A DNA stretch of 57,774 bases. Origin: an uncultured virus (IMG/VR IMGVR_UViG_3300025126_000736) (lineage: Duplodnaviria > Heunggongvirae > Uroviricota > Caudoviricetes). The DNA is taken from IMG/VR virus record IMGVR_UViG_3300025126_000736; one strand, written 5' to 3'. The first letter of the stretch is position 1. Each line of letters begins with the position of its first letter. A model generated the notes under the pieces. It was not told the DNA's origin and ran no database searches. It saw only the letters and a list, made by a program, of their open reading frames with translations. Made by a program: the position numbers and the translations under genes. This document shows, piece after piece, positions 37,149-47,600 of this stretch.

Positions 37149-37712
37149 TTAATGTTTGATATTTTGATAACTACCAGTCCATTTAGGAATAGCTGCAAGT
37201 GAAATAGATTTAAATGAATTTTTCTTTTCAATAAAATCATTAATACAATTCTTTCTTGCAGAATATTCATCTTTTAGATTTAAGTCTTCAAGCGCACTTA
37301 ATGATAAATATTTTTTAAATGGAGGGCAAAAAACATATAAAAATGGATCGAAACCAAAGGAATTTGTTAGGTCATGAGTCGGATTGCCAATAACACCTTT
37401 AATTTCGGAAGTTGAATAAAGAACTTCATCGCCAATAAGACAAGCAATAGATACTTTCCAAGTGGCTTTTTTATTTAAAAATAAAGGAAGTTCATTAATG
37501 CGATCTCTAATATCGACAATTTCAATGCCGTCAATAATCAAGATGGTGTCTTCAACCATTAATCCTTCACCTGCTTCAATAGCCTTATAAATAACAACTT
37601 CTTCTGGTGTGCCATTAACTTCTTTTAAGTCAAGACCTTCTTGAATGTCAATTTCTAGGCCAAAGCGCTGAAATTCTCTAAGTTTTTTTCTATTGGACGT
37701 AACAAGCTTCAT
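37149..37712 (-). CDS. Ham1/ITPase-family non-canonical NTP pyrophosphatase
   Basis: VTSNRKKLREF, KA, VEDT, FGFDP, SAR. Confidence 0.85.
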   Translation of the reverse strand: MKLVTSNRKKLREFQRFGLEIDIQEGLDLKEVNGTPEEVVIYKAIEAGEGLMVEDTILIIDGIEIVDIRDRINELPLFLNKKATWKVSIACLIGDEVLYSTSEIKGVIGNPTHDLTNSFGFDPFLYVFCPPFKKYLSLSALEDLNLKDEYSARKNCINDFIEKKNSFKSISLAAIPKWTGSYQNIKH

Positions 37713-37751
37713 TTTTTTTCCTTATATAATTTTAAGTAATTATAATAACAT

Positions 37752-38147
37752 TTAAGTGAATGATAAGCAACTATCTTCCAAGTTATAGTAAGGTAATACT
37801 TTCCATGAATTTTGGTGAAATTGTGAATCCACCATTGTGATCAATGGCTGTAAGCCTTTCCCCTTCAAGAATAAATTAAGTAAATCACCATAGTTAGACT
37901 TAATATAAGGAATTCTAACATGTTTGGTAACTCCAAAGGTAAAAAGTCCATTATCGGTATTTTCAGCAGAGAAAACTGCTTGAAGGCCATAATTTGGGTA
38001 TGCCCTAGAACACGGAGATATTTCCCCAATAATATTTCCATATTTTGATGGAAATATAAAAGTATTAGTATTTAAATCTGAAATTAATGTTGTTTCTATC
38101 ATTTTTTTTATCTCATAAATGTGTTTTTGAATAATAAATGATATCAT
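37752..38147 (-). CDS. Hypothetical protein
   Basis: 131-aa ORF. Confidence 0.45.
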   Translation of the reverse strand: MISFIIQKHIYEIKKMIETTLISDLNTNTFIFPSKYGNIIGEISPCSRAYPNYGLQAVFSAENTDNGLFTFGVTKHVRIPYIKSNYGDLLNLFLKGKGLQPLITMVDSQFHQNSWKVLPYYNLEDSCLSFT

Positions 38148-38171
38148 AATGCACGTAAAATATCAATTAAA

Positions 38172-38879
38172 TTAATGTGCGAATTTTTCTAAAATAATAG
38201 ATAGAGTCGCATAGTCAAGATTTAAATCATTTAATTTGCCTTTTTGAATAACACCTTTAAAAAGTTCTCCACCAAATTTTTCTTTAACAATCTTATTTAT
38301 TAAAGACTCATTGTAAATATAAGAAATTGCTTTATTATTTGGAAGATCTTTACTTGATAATAAAATATTATTTTTGTATAAAAAAGCCTTAATATTTGAT
38401 TTATTAAGATCTTTTACAATCTTTTTTATGAAATTTTCTAATTCATCTTTTTTATAGTTTTGTTCATTTTTATTGTTTGGTTTTCCAATTTTAATACAAT
38501 AATCAAAACAAAATAAGTCAGAATTAATATAATCAAGAATTAAATTATTAAGAATTTCTTTTTTCTCTACTAAGATAGATGAAGTAGAAGTTTTGTTTTT
38601 CTCAATATCAATAATTTTTTTATCATTATTGATAAGGAACGGACTTGGATCTAAGATAAAGTCAGAAAGCATAGCGTATAATGCGGAATTAGGTTTAATT
38701 AAATTAATAGTATTTGCAATAGTAAGATCTGATAATGAACTACTTTCACCAGTTTTAACATTCTGGAACTCTAAATTAGCCTCCTGAATAATAGCTAGCT
38801 CTTGGTCAAAAGAATTGATTTCTAAATTGAGTTTTTTTACTAAATCATTGATTAAACTAATTGATTTTAATGTAATCAT
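38172..38879 (-). CDS. Hypothetical protein
   Basis: AAGGAG SD; 235 aa. Confidence 0.6.
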   Translation of the reverse strand: MITLKSISLINDLVKKLNLEINSFDQELAIIQEANLEFQNVKTGESSSLSDLTIANTINLIKPNSALYAMLSDFILDPSPFLINNDKKIIDIEKNKTSTSSILVEKKEILNNLILDYINSDLFCFDYCIKIGKPNNKNEQNYKKDELENFIKKIVKDLNKSNIKAFLYKNNILLSSKDLPNNKAISYIYNESLINKIVKEKFGGELFKGVIQKGKLNDLNLDYATLSIILEKFAH

Positions 38880-38896
38880 AAAGACTCCTTTATAGT

Positions 38897-39153
38897 ATCA
38901 TTACTTTTGTTTTTTCGCATAACTATCCTCTTATTTATATTAAATCAACCCGAAGGTTGTTATTTTTTTCTACCCTTGATATAAGATTAATAGTGCTACA
39001 AACTGGAAAAATTTGTAGGTAATACTCATATCATATTTTAGTTTTTTTCAACTAAAAAGTGGGATTAAAATAACCACAAGAAGCCGAAGCAACTTGAATC
39101 CTGAGAATTTGGCTTCAATAAGAAGCCACATCCATTAGGGTGTGGTTATTCAC
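38897..39153 (-). mobile_element. Stand-alone omegaRNA copy plus first iscB codons
   Basis: Reverse complement matches 22219..22475; its left end supplies the RNase H stop codon. Confidence 0.85.
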
Positions 39154-39809
39154 TTTCTACCAAAATCTGCTGCAATTTCTCCCCAATCCTTTGTGTGCCA
39201 TTTTTCAATTTTATATTGATATTTTTTTGCACTACCTTGAAGGAATAAGAAGGATTGTTCAAACTTACGGATCATTTCTGTATCATTATCTGGATTATCC
39301 AAGATTGTGCATTTGTGTGCTTTATTTTTGTGCCAAGCCATAGCAGTTTTACTGTCTGAGTAAATTGGAATGTGTAATAAATTATTTTTAATTAGATAGC
39401 AAATACCTTCAATAAGGGCTAAAAACTCACCAATGTTATTGCTTCCACCTAAGTAAATAGGTGAGCGAAAAACTTCAACGTCTTCAATATCTTTGCCACA
39501 TAATACACCTCGCCATTCTGACTCTTTTCCATTAAATGCTGCATCAACGGTAAGATACATTGGAAGATCAAGTTTTTTTGTTAATTTAGGTGTTTTTTTG
39601 ATAGTTTTTTTATCGTTTAAATCTTTTGAGCTATTATTATAATGAATTTCAAACCCATCTGATAATGCTTGTTTTGCGGAATTATAATTTGGGAAGCTTT
39701 TAAATTTTGCACCCTTAAAACCCGAAGTTGATTTCTGGGTTTCAGCCCAATTATTGAAAACGCCAACAGAATGGCCTATCCAAACGACATAATGTTTACT
39801 ATCTGACAT
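39150..39809 (-). CDS. rnhA: RNase H with N-terminal viroplasmin (Cauli_VI) domain
   Basis: YVVW.G...GVF..W...GFKGAKFKSF; VDAA, NNIGEFLA, IYSDS, KW.T..WGEIAADFGRK. Confidence 0.9.
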   Translation of the reverse strand: MSDSKHYVVWIGHSVGVFNNWAETQKSTSGFKGAKFKSFPNYNSAKQALSDGFEIHYNNSSKDLNDKKTIKKTPKLTKKLDLPMYLTVDAAFNGKESEWRGVLCGKDIEDVEVFRSPIYLGGSNNIGEFLALIEGICYLIKNNLLHIPIYSDSKTAMAWHKNKAHKCTILDNPDNDTEMIRKFEQSFLFLQGSAKKYQYKIEKWHTKDWGEIAADFGRK

Positions 39810-39904
39810 ATTAAAGGTTCTTTCTGTTAGTTAAAATAATATCGCAATTATAACATAGATTTAAATAAAGTCAATATTGCGATATTATATTAATGGATAA
39901 ATAA

Positions 39905-40408
39905 TTAAGGCTTATTCTTATTGGCCTTTTTAATGTTTGGGTTTTCAGCACTAAATGGTGTGCTTTTTAATACAATGCCTTCACTAGAAAAAACAACTGC
40001 ATATCTTTCTTTACCATCTTTGTATTTCGGCTTATCAATTTCATTAAGAGCAATAAGATCAATAAGAGCTTCTGCGTCTTCAAAATCTTTGCCGATGATT
40101 GAATAATTAAAGGCAGGCTTACCACTGCATTCTTTATCATCAAAGACAGCAAATGTTACAGAAGTTACTTTAGACAGTTGTTCAGCAAAATGTTGTGCTT
40201 CTGCGTCTGGATATTTGGCTTTAATGAGTGCTGCAATACCAGTAACACTTTCAGTTGTGTCAGGATTAATTACTTGTCCAAAATTATCAATAATTTGTCT
40301 AAGTAAAATACCACTATCAGCGGTAGTAGGTAAATCAAGGTTCCAAGAATTATGATTTCTTCTAATAGAAGCTTGAGTTGCAAATTTCACATGTTTTGTA
40401 TCAGTCAT
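39905..40408 (-). CDS. Hypothetical protein
   Basis: AAGGA SD; basic tail KKANKNKP. Confidence 0.6.
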   Translation of the reverse strand: MTDTKHVKFATQASIRRNHNSWNLDLPTTADSGILLRQIIDNFGQVINPDTTESVTGIAALIKAKYPDAEAQHFAEQLSKVTSVTFAVFDDKECSGKPAFNYSIIGKDFEDAEALIDLIALNEIDKPKYKDGKERYAVVFSSEGIVLKSTPFSAENPNIKKANKNKP

Positions 40409-40436
40409 TATATTTTCCTTTTTTTATTATTAACTA

Positions 40437-40955
40437 TTAACTATTTTTTAATGGTATATTAGGTAATGCACCGTACTTATTAATATACCATTCTTTTGTT
40501 ACGGTTCTAATTCTATCTATCTCATCAAGTATCCATCGGTATTCTTCCTTATTAACAATATGCTCACCTTGAACATAAAAATGTTCTAAAGGTAAGTCAG
40601 TTGATATAAGTTGCATAAGTATTTGTTTGTGTGTGCGTAACTTGCACTGAATGCATTCTAAAATAAATTGCTTAAAACGGTCTGAAATAGGTGTGGATTC
40701 TTCAAGCCATTCTTTTGGTATAACTCTTCTGCCTTCTTTTTTTGCTGCGCCCCCACTTAATAAGCGAAGTTGTTCATGTATTTTTCCTGTAAGAAAATAA
40801 TAAAATGCACCTTCAATGCTATTGAAATTACCTAGTGACGGGTGGGTGAAAGGAGTGTGGGCAAAATTACTAAGATTTTGTCCAAGTGTGGTTTGTCCCT
40901 TACTATATACATTAATAAATAGTATACCATCATTTAATATATTGAGCTTTGACAT
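40437..40955 (-). CDS. NADAR-like (T4 gp30.3/YbiA-type) protein
   Basis: LSNFAHTPF...FNSIEG...LSG..AKKEGR...K....L..T..LPL.H.YV. Confidence 0.65.
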   Translation of the reverse strand: MSKLNILNDGILFINVYSKGQTTLGQNLSNFAHTPFTHPSLGNFNSIEGAFYYFLTGKIHEQLRLLSGGAAKKEGRRVIPKEWLEESTPISDRFKQFILECIQCKLRTHKQILMQLISTDLPLEHFYVQGEHIVNKEEYRWILDEIDRIRTVTKEWYINKYGALPNIPLKNS

Positions 40956-41004
40956 AAATAACCCCTTATCGATAAATGAATTATATCACAAAAGAGCTAG
41001 GAAA

Positions 41005-41194
41005 TCAATTATCGATCTTGCACTTACTTATTAATTTCGTAATTTCGTCAATTTCAGTCATAGCAGCATAAATCATATCAGGATCTTCTTCCTTATCAAG
41101 AGCTTCTTGTATATACTCTAGATCCTTTTTTAATTCACTATATTTTTCGATATTGCAGTCTTTATTGTTAGTTTGCTTAGTTGTAGCTGTCATT
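41005..41194 (-). CDS. Small acidic protein
   Basis: AGGAG SD before MTATT; start approximate. Confidence 0.45.
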
Positions 41195-41370
41195 GTAGCT
41201 CCTAAGATACTGATTAGTGTAACTAGTATACTAGGTATTGTATTTAGCGTCAATATAAATCTGCTAGAATGGCTATGCTTACTAATTATTGAGTAATTTA
41301 TGAAAAAATTGACTAATATTATTTTTTTGTGTAAAATATAGTTAAATTTATTTTAAAGGAGATTTTTAAA

Positions 41371-41708
41371 ATGAGTGTGCAAGAGAATCAATATTTGCTG
41401 TATGGTTAAAATTAAATTATAATAAATACAATACAGTGGAAAATAGTGAAAAATTTGAAAAATATGAAGATAACGCTTTTGACCAAATATCGAATATAGA
41501 CGGATTACTTTGTTTATTCGATGGAATGAGTGGAGATTATATTTACATCGGTATGTGTATAAAAAAATCAGGGAATAATGAAAGACTTGACAATATAGAG
41601 ATTCCAGAATTGGAAAGTTCAGTTATTGAGGAAGTTAAAGAAAGATTAAGCACGGAATTCGGCATTAAAGAAAATATGGCATTTCATTTAGTAACACACT
41701 ATAGATAA
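41371..41708 (+). CDS. Hypothetical protein (5' part appears frameshifted)
   Basis: GGGAG SD and ATG at 31371-type spacing (ATG at 41371); main frame 41436..41708. Confidence 0.4.
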
Positions 41709-41754
41709 GAAAATAAGTGCTATAATGTAAATATGAGTAAAAAAAGGAATACTA

Positions 41755-42978
41755 ATGGATATTGAAGATGTTATTGAAAAAAAGAAAAATGAATTATTAA
41801 TGGCTGCTGAAAAAAAAGCACTTGAAGATAAAATTGCTGCTAGTAAAGTAAATAAATATGTAGTTGCTTGCAAAGCTGGAAATTATGATATTTTAGGGTT
41901 TATTAAAAAATTTGAAAATATAAAAAATATTGAAGAGGTAATTCCTAAAAAGTATTATCATTTTGAATTAGAGAAACGAGAAGATTTTGAGTTGATAGAA
42001 AAAGTGTTTGAGGAATATTTTGATGAAAAATCACAACTTACAAAAATGGGTAGAAGTGCAAAGGAAAATTCAATATATATAGATAATCCATATATTGATA
42101 ATTTTAATCCATATTTTAGCAAAGAAAGAGTGTTGGAAAATTATGCTGAAAATTATGACGAGTTATGTATTTTAGAGCAAGACCAAAACTTGGCAATAGC
42201 TAAATCAGAAACTGAAGTAAATAAACTTAAGTCTAAGTATGTATTAGCGATGAAAGCGATATTTAGTAATTTATCAGACGAACAAGCTGAGAATTTCATA
42301 AACGCAGTGGTAGAACAAGTCAATAAATTCAGTGATAAAAATAAGCAATTAGGATCTAATTCAACTATAAATTCTTATGCAATAATTCCAATAGCAGTAA
42401 ATGTTGATGTTTCTGAGAGAATAAATGTATTAAAGAAATTTGATGCATTTTTAGGAAAAATTAATAAAGAAAGTAATTTTGCCGACAACAAAATTGGTGA
42501 TTTATTTTCAGTTATAACGAAAGAGGCAAAGAAGGTTTCAGAGGTAAAAAAACTAACAAGTCATAAGTCAAAATCTTGGAGAGAAGCGTATTTAGAAGGA
42601 AATGAGTCCGAAATGTCAAGGCTAAGTAGTGATTTAAGGAGAGTGATAGAAGAAATAAAAATACCTTCTGCAAGTACTATTATAGGAACGAAGCCATTTG
42701 AGTTTTTTAATTACTATAATATTAATGAAAGGGAACAAAATATTGAAAGACCATTTGTTATGGAAGTTGCAAATACTTTTTTAGCTTTAAATATTGCAAA
42801 ATATAGAAATAAAGTATATTCTTTTTTAGATATGGTGATAAATAAAAATCCCGAAATTACAGAAATAAAAGATTTTGTTAATAATTTTAAAATGGATAAA
42901 TTAACAATAGAATCTTTTAATGACCATAAGAATGCAATAAGTTGCACTGTAAAAAGAATAAATAAAAATAAAATGTAA
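41755..42978 (+). CDS. Hypothetical protein
   Basis: 407 aa, AAGGA SD; basic tail KRINKNKM. Confidence 0.65.
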   Translation: MDIEDVIEKKKNELLMAAEKKALEDKIAASKVNKYVVACKAGNYDILGFIKKFENIKNIEEVIPKKYYHFELEKREDFELIEKVFEEYFDEKSQLTKMGRSAKENSIYIDNPYIDNFNPYFSKERVLENYAENYDELCILEQDQNLAIAKSETEVNKLKSKYVLAMKAIFSNLSDEQAENFINAVVEQVNKFSDKNKQLGSNSTINSYAIIPIAVNVDVSERINVLKKFDAFLGKINKESNFADNKIGDLFSVITKEAKKVSEVKKLTSHKSKSWREAYLEGNESEMSRLSSDLRRVIEEIKIPSASTIIGTKPFEFFNYYNINEREQNIERPFVMEVANTFLALNIAKYRNKVYSFLDMVINKNPEITEIKDFVNNFKMDKLTIESFNDHKNAISCTVKRINKNKM

Positions 42979-43118
42979 TATAAGTATTGTGTAACATAAT
43001 ACACTTTTACAATAGTTTTAGATAATTAATAGTAAAAAGTGTAGGTTGTTACACTATACTGAGATATTTAAAAAAACCACTTAAATTAATTAAGTGGTTT
43101 TTTTAAGAAAATTACTTG

Positions 43119-43679
43119 CTATGACTTGCTATTGCTTATTTTATGTAATTTATTTTTAAGTTTACTAATTTCAAGATTTAGTTTATTGATTTCGTCATTT
43201 TTGAGTTCTTTTGATTTTTTTGTAGATTCGTAAATGCTCTCAGCCTTTAAAAGAATTAAAGGATATAAGTTGATGAGATTTTTAGACAATAAAACTCTAT
43301 CTAAGTAATCTCGCTCTAATTCAGTTTCTGTATAATTTACATAAAGTAAAACACCGCATTCACCTTCAAATCCATTAGAAACAAGATTTATGCTTTCAAT
43401 ATCATCTTCAAGAATATTTAGTTTTAATAATTCATTGGAAACCAAAGTTTCTGAAGCATTAAATAATTCCTTTAAAGATTTTGATGTAGGAGGGATAATA
43501 GAGAACTCAACTTCACGGCTGATTGATTTTCGCTCAATATTTTGAAGTTCGCTCAAATTACCTTTGCATACCCTTTTTAGACAAAAATTATAGTCTGAGG
43601 ACTTTAATTTAAAGGAGTTGAATAATTTTTTAATTTCTTTTGAATTGGCCGAAAATCCAAACTTATTTAATGTTGACAT
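43119..43679 (-). CDS. Hypothetical coiled-coil protein, paralog of 43762..44319
   Basis: Shared TLNKFGF...YPLIL..A. Confidence 0.65.
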   Translation of the reverse strand: MSTLNKFGFSANSKEIKKLFNSFKLKSSDYNFCLKRVCKGNLSELQNIERKSISREVEFSIIPPTSKSLKELFNASETLVSNELLKLNILEDDIESINLVSNGFEGECGVLLYVNYTETELERDYLDRVLLSKNLINLYPLILLKAESIYESTKKSKELKNDEINKLNLEISKLKNKLHKISNSKS

Positions 43680-43761
43680 ATAAACCTTGATAAAGTATTG
43701 AGTGATAAAAAATAATTATAGAGCAAATTAATGAAAATGTAAACTAATTTATAGTATAAAA

Positions 43762-44319
43762 TTACTTTGTACTATTGATTTTATTTAATTTTTTCTGCAA
43801 TTCTTCAATCTCTTTCTGTATTTTAATGGATTCTGCGTTTTTAATATTCTTATCTTCCTGATTTATATCATATAATCTTTTTGCTTCTGCAAGAATTAAA
43901 GGGTATTGCTCAGTAAGTTTTTTTATTAAATTTAGTCGATTATTATACTTATCCTCTAATTCAACCTGATCATAGGTTACTGAGAAATTAATCTCATTTA
44001 CTTCGTCCAAGTATTCATTTTCTATACATATTTCTTTAATTTTTTCTTTTTGAATATTTAGTGAAATTAGCTTATTAAGTAACGTATTTTTTGCAGAATC
44101 AAATAACTCATCGACATTACAGGCTGAGTTAAAACAAACACAAACCTCAGTCTTACGTTTTATAACCTCCTGTTCGATATTTTGAGTGAAAGCTAATTTT
44201 CCAGCACATATTTTTTGAAGAAAATCAGAGTAATCATCAAAATTTAAGCCAAATTTAGAAAATAATTTTCTTGTTTCGCGAGACGATTTTGTGAATCCAA
44301 ATTTATTTAATGTATCCAT
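43762..44319 (-). CDS. Hypothetical coiled-coil protein, paralog of 43119..43679
   Basis: Shared TLNKFGF...YPLIL..A. Confidence 0.65.
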   Translation of the reverse strand: MDTLNKFGFTKSSRETRKLFSKFGLNFDDYSDFLQKICAGKLAFTQNIEQEVIKRKTEVCVCFNSACNVDELFDSAKNTLLNKLISLNIQKEKIKEICIENEYLDEVNEINFSVTYDQVELEDKYNNRLNLIKKLTEQYPLILAEAKRLYDINQEDKNIKNAESIKIQKEIEELQKKLNKINSTK

Positions 44320-44385
44320 TGTAAAGCCTTATTAAAGTGTAATTTAAGACTAAATTATATCATAATTAAAATCATAAGTATATTT

Positions 44386-44441
44386 TTTTTAGGAATGTGA
44401 GCGGGAATCCTCGGTAATTAATTGCCGAGAGGAAGTCACAT
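44386..44441 (+). repeat. 56-bp IS605-right-end-like hairpin repeat, copy 1
   Basis: TTTTTAGGAATGTGAGCGGGAATCCTCGGTAATTAATTGCCGAGAGGAAGTCACAT. Confidence 0.8.
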
Positions 44442-44528
44442 ATTACGTAAAAATAACTTAATGTGTAGTAATTAAAATAATTTGCCATATTAGTATATTT
44501 TTGATACAATAAGTTCACAAAAAAATAA

Positions 44529-45428
44529 TTGGAAAAAAAAATGCAAGAAGAAATTACAATTGACGAAGAAATAGAACTCATTGAATTAAAGATAAATTAT
44601 TCAAAAAAAGAAATGAAGGAGTTAATCATTGAGTTAAAAAAACAAATAAATATGCTTTTAGTTGATATAGAGGAAGAGTACTTCCTTGATATAAAATGTG
44701 AGGAAAATAATGTCTATAATTTCATAATAAATGTAGAAATACAAAATAAATCACATAGAAAACTAGATAAAAATAGGTTAAAAATAATAATTGGGGAATC
44801 AATATTGTTCTCAATAGATGAAGCTGGTGCATTATATAACAAATTAAGGAAAGAAGTTTTATTGGAAGTATTAATAAATAATAAAAGAATTATGGAATTT
44901 TTTGAAAAAGTAATAAATTTTATTGATACTGATTTACTAAAGGATATAGGTAGGGAATTTAGAAAAGAGGTTAATTTAAATAAGCAATTATCAAATTTTA
45001 AAATAATTAAAAATAAGAATTATTGTGAAAAAATAATTAGAGATACAATTAACGCAATATCTGAAGAAGTAACAGAAGAAGATATTGAAGAAATATTAAG
45101 TAATAATAAAAATTATTTAACAATTGAGTATCATACCCAAGATAAGATATCAGTTAATCAAAATAATGTAAGTACGAGTGGTTTTTATAGGACTACATAT
45201 TACTTAGAAAAAGGAGGTAGGAACAGAAAAAGTTTAAAGTTTGCAGATTTAAAGTCTAATATGCGCAATGCAATTAAATTAAATGGGAAGATTATTGAGA
45301 GTATAGTTGAGTTTGAAAAAGAATTTATGAATAAAGTTGAAAGCAGTGTTGGAGAAAAGCAATTACTGATAAATAGTGCTGATTTTCATAATATATTTGA
45401 TATGAGAGTAAAATTAAGTAAGTTTTAA
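44529..45428 (+). CDS. Hypothetical protein with C-terminal K-L-x-x-F motif
   Basis: Ends VKLSKF; flanked by inverted copies of the 56-bp repeat. Confidence 0.6.
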   Translation: MEKKMQEEITIDEEIELIELKINYSKKEMKELIIELKKQINMLLVDIEEEYFLDIKCEENNVYNFIINVEIQNKSHRKLDKNRLKIIIGESILFSIDEAGALYNKLRKEVLLEVLINNKRIMEFFEKVINFIDTDLLKDIGREFRKEVNLNKQLSNFKIIKNKNYCEKIIRDTINAISEEVTEEDIEEILSNNKNYLTIEYHTQDKISVNQNNVSTSGFYRTTYYLEKGGRNRKSLKFADLKSNMRNAIKLNGKIIESIVEFEKEFMNKVESSVGEKQLLINSADFHNIFDMRVKLSKF

Positions 45429-45482
45429 AAATAATAATTTTATAAAAACCCACTATAATATATAGTGGGTCTTTAATAGATA

Positions 45483-45538
45483 ATGTGACTTCCTCTTGGC
45501 AATTAATTGCCGAGGATTACCGCTCACATTCCTAAAAA
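45483..45538 (-). repeat. 56-bp IS605-right-end-like hairpin repeat, copy 2
   Basis: Inverted, 3 substitutions versus copy 1. Confidence 0.8.
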
Positions 45539-45567
45539 TTAATAAGTTGGTAGGAGTAAGAGAAAAA

Positions 45568-46350
45568 CTACCTTACTTTTCCTCCATTAGACGTTTTAAC
45601 TAAAATCTTGGGATCTCCATTTACATGTAATCTTCCAAGACTTGTAATTTTGCCTTCAATTAAATTATTAGCGAAAATAGAAATATCTCCAATGGAAGTA
45701 ATTAAAATAAATGCATCTTGAGAAATTAAATTTTTAGCATTAATGCTACCAGTACTTTTAACTTCAAGATTGCATCGGGAGCAGTTACCACTATTAACAT
45801 TAATACTGCCTATGGAGGTTGTTTTTGCATTTAATAAATGAGCATTTAGCGTATCCAAGGTAATCCCCCCAACACTACTTGACTCTAGCTGAATCACTTT
45901 ATCCGCAGATACAGAGGTAGCAGAAATATGACCAACAGAGCTAACTTTTAATGTAATATTGTTGTCGGAGTGTAAATCATTATTAATGAAAATATCGCCA
46001 ACTGATTTATTTAAAACTTTAATTAAATGGTTGAAGTCGATATAAATATTGCATATTGGGGCATTATAATTTTGTTGAATAGATAGATTGTCGCGTTGTG
46101 TTATTTCTAAAATACCACTGCGAATATTAATACTAAATTGATCTTTAATTTGAAAATCATAACTTAACTCTAGTGTGTTTTTCTTAGTATCGGTATTATT
46201 AAAAATAAAAATATTAAATAATGAATTATTAGATATAGTATTAATGATATCAGAAATATAAATTGACGCTTCAATCGGTTCGGTCTGAATAATTTTTTCT
46301 TCTTTTGGATGGTTTTCTTTGACAAAGAATCTAAATATATTTTTTAACAT
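45568..46350 (-). CDS. GIN-domain (DUF2807-like) beta-helix protein
   Basis: Repeating SSVG.I / TSIGSI / TSIGDI; C-terminal G.L...GDP. Confidence 0.75.
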   Translation of the reverse strand: MLKNIFRFFVKENHPKEEKIIQTEPIEASIYISDIINTISNNSLFNIFIFNNTDTKKNTLELSYDFQIKDQFSINIRSGILEITQRDNLSIQQNYNAPICNIYIDFNHLIKVLNKSVGDIFINNDLHSDNNITLKVSSVGHISATSVSADKVIQLESSSVGGITLDTLNAHLLNAKTTSIGSINVNSGNCSRCNLEVKSTGSINAKNLISQDAFILITSIGDISIFANNLIEGKITSLGRLHVNGDPKILVKTSNGGKVR

Positions 46351-46379
46351 AATGTTGTTATTCCTTCTATTTGTAATAA

Positions 46380-47147
46380 TTATTTTGGATTACCAAAGAT
46401 AAAAAGTTCTCCAAGGCTACTTACATCTTTCTGTATTGTATTGCTTGCATAAACGTAGGCATCGCCCACAGAAGAAATGGAGACTTCAGCATCTTTCGCT
46501 TTAAAGCATTGTGTATTAATGATACCTACACTATCAGAAGTTAACTCTAGTAGTTCACAAGAGCCACTTTTAATTTCTATATCACCTGTTGACGATGAGT
46601 TAATGTTGACTGAATTTGCTTTTAAGTATTTTATTAGTGTGTTACCGGGACCATTTGATCTTAATGTCACATTTTTTTCAGTTTTAACATAATAAGCAAT
46701 AATGCTGCCAGAAGACTCAGTTTCAAAATTAAGGTGTTTTTTTGAGTTTAAAGACTCAAGGATAATAATATCTCCACAAGAAACATTAACAATAGATATG
46801 ATATTGTTTAAATCAGTATAAACATTACAAGTAGCTTTGTATCTACTAGTCGAAATAGAAAACTTTCCTTTATTGATAAATTCGAGAATGCCATTTTCAA
46901 ACTTAATGTCAAATTTCTTTATAGTCTTATCCTTACATAACATTTCGACAATATTTTTCTTTTCTTCCGTATTACTACATATATTAATTGTTAGTAATGA
47001 GTTATTTAATATTTTATGTATTTTTGTAGGAATTGCTTGAGTGTGATGAGTATAATCTTCTTCAGTAGAAATATTGTTAATTTCTTCGTTAACGTTTTTT
47101 TTATTTTTTGAAAAAAATCTAATAATTGAAGATAAAAAAGTATTCAT
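46380..47147 (-). CDS. GIN-domain (DUF2807-like) beta-helix protein
   Basis: Repeating SSGSI / STGDI / SVGDA; paralog of 45568..46350; start moved to MNTFL. Confidence 0.75.
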   Translation of the reverse strand: MNTFLSSIIRFFSKNKKNVNEEINNISTEEDYTHHTQAIPTKIHKILNNSLLTINICSNTEEKKNIVEMLCKDKTIKKFDIKFENGILEFINKGKFSISTSRYKATCNVYTDLNNIISIVNVSCGDIIILESLNSKKHLNFETESSGSIIAYYVKTEKNVTLRSNGPGNTLIKYLKANSVNINSSSTGDIEIKSGSCELLELTSDSVGIINTQCFKAKDAEVSISSVGDAYVYASNTIQKDVSSLGELFIFGNPK

Positions 47148-47166
47148 GTAATTACGCCTTATTAAA

Positions 47167-47550
47167 TTAAAATGAAGAAACTTTGTTATTAATTCTAATT
47201 TGGTGAAAGATAGGGCTGGCAACCTTCACAAACTCCTCAAAATCAAAATCAGAAGTCCAATCATCATGGAAATCATCTTTGTTAAAATTGTTATTGTTGT
47301 AAAAGAAATTATCATTTCTGTAAATACAGTTGAATTCTGCCAGAATATTATCAACTGCTGTTACTGTGATCTCTTTTTGTAGTGATAAATAATTAATTAA
47401 GTCATTAAGGAAATCCTCATCTTCTCCAACACAAAAAAAATCGTCAGGAGTCATGGTGTTATAACTCCAAGCGCTCCAAACTCTTGTGCAGAAAAAGTAA
47501 TTTTGAAAAAATGGTGATAATTGATTATGGATTTGAGTCATAAAAAACAA
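47167..47550 (-). CDS. Hypothetical protein with C-terminal K-V-x-x-F motif
   Basis: Paralog of 47601..47996; ends NKVSSF. Confidence 0.65.
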   Translation of the reverse strand: MFFMTQIHNQLSPFFQNYFFCTRVWSAWSYNTMTPDDFFCVGEDEDFLNDLINYLSLQKEITVTAVDNILAEFNCIYRNDNFFYNNNNFNKDDFHDDWTSDFDFEEFVKVASPIFHQIRINNKVSSF

Positions 47551-47600
47551 CCTTTGTAGTTAAGGTGATATTAATTATGTTATTGTAACATATATTTTAA

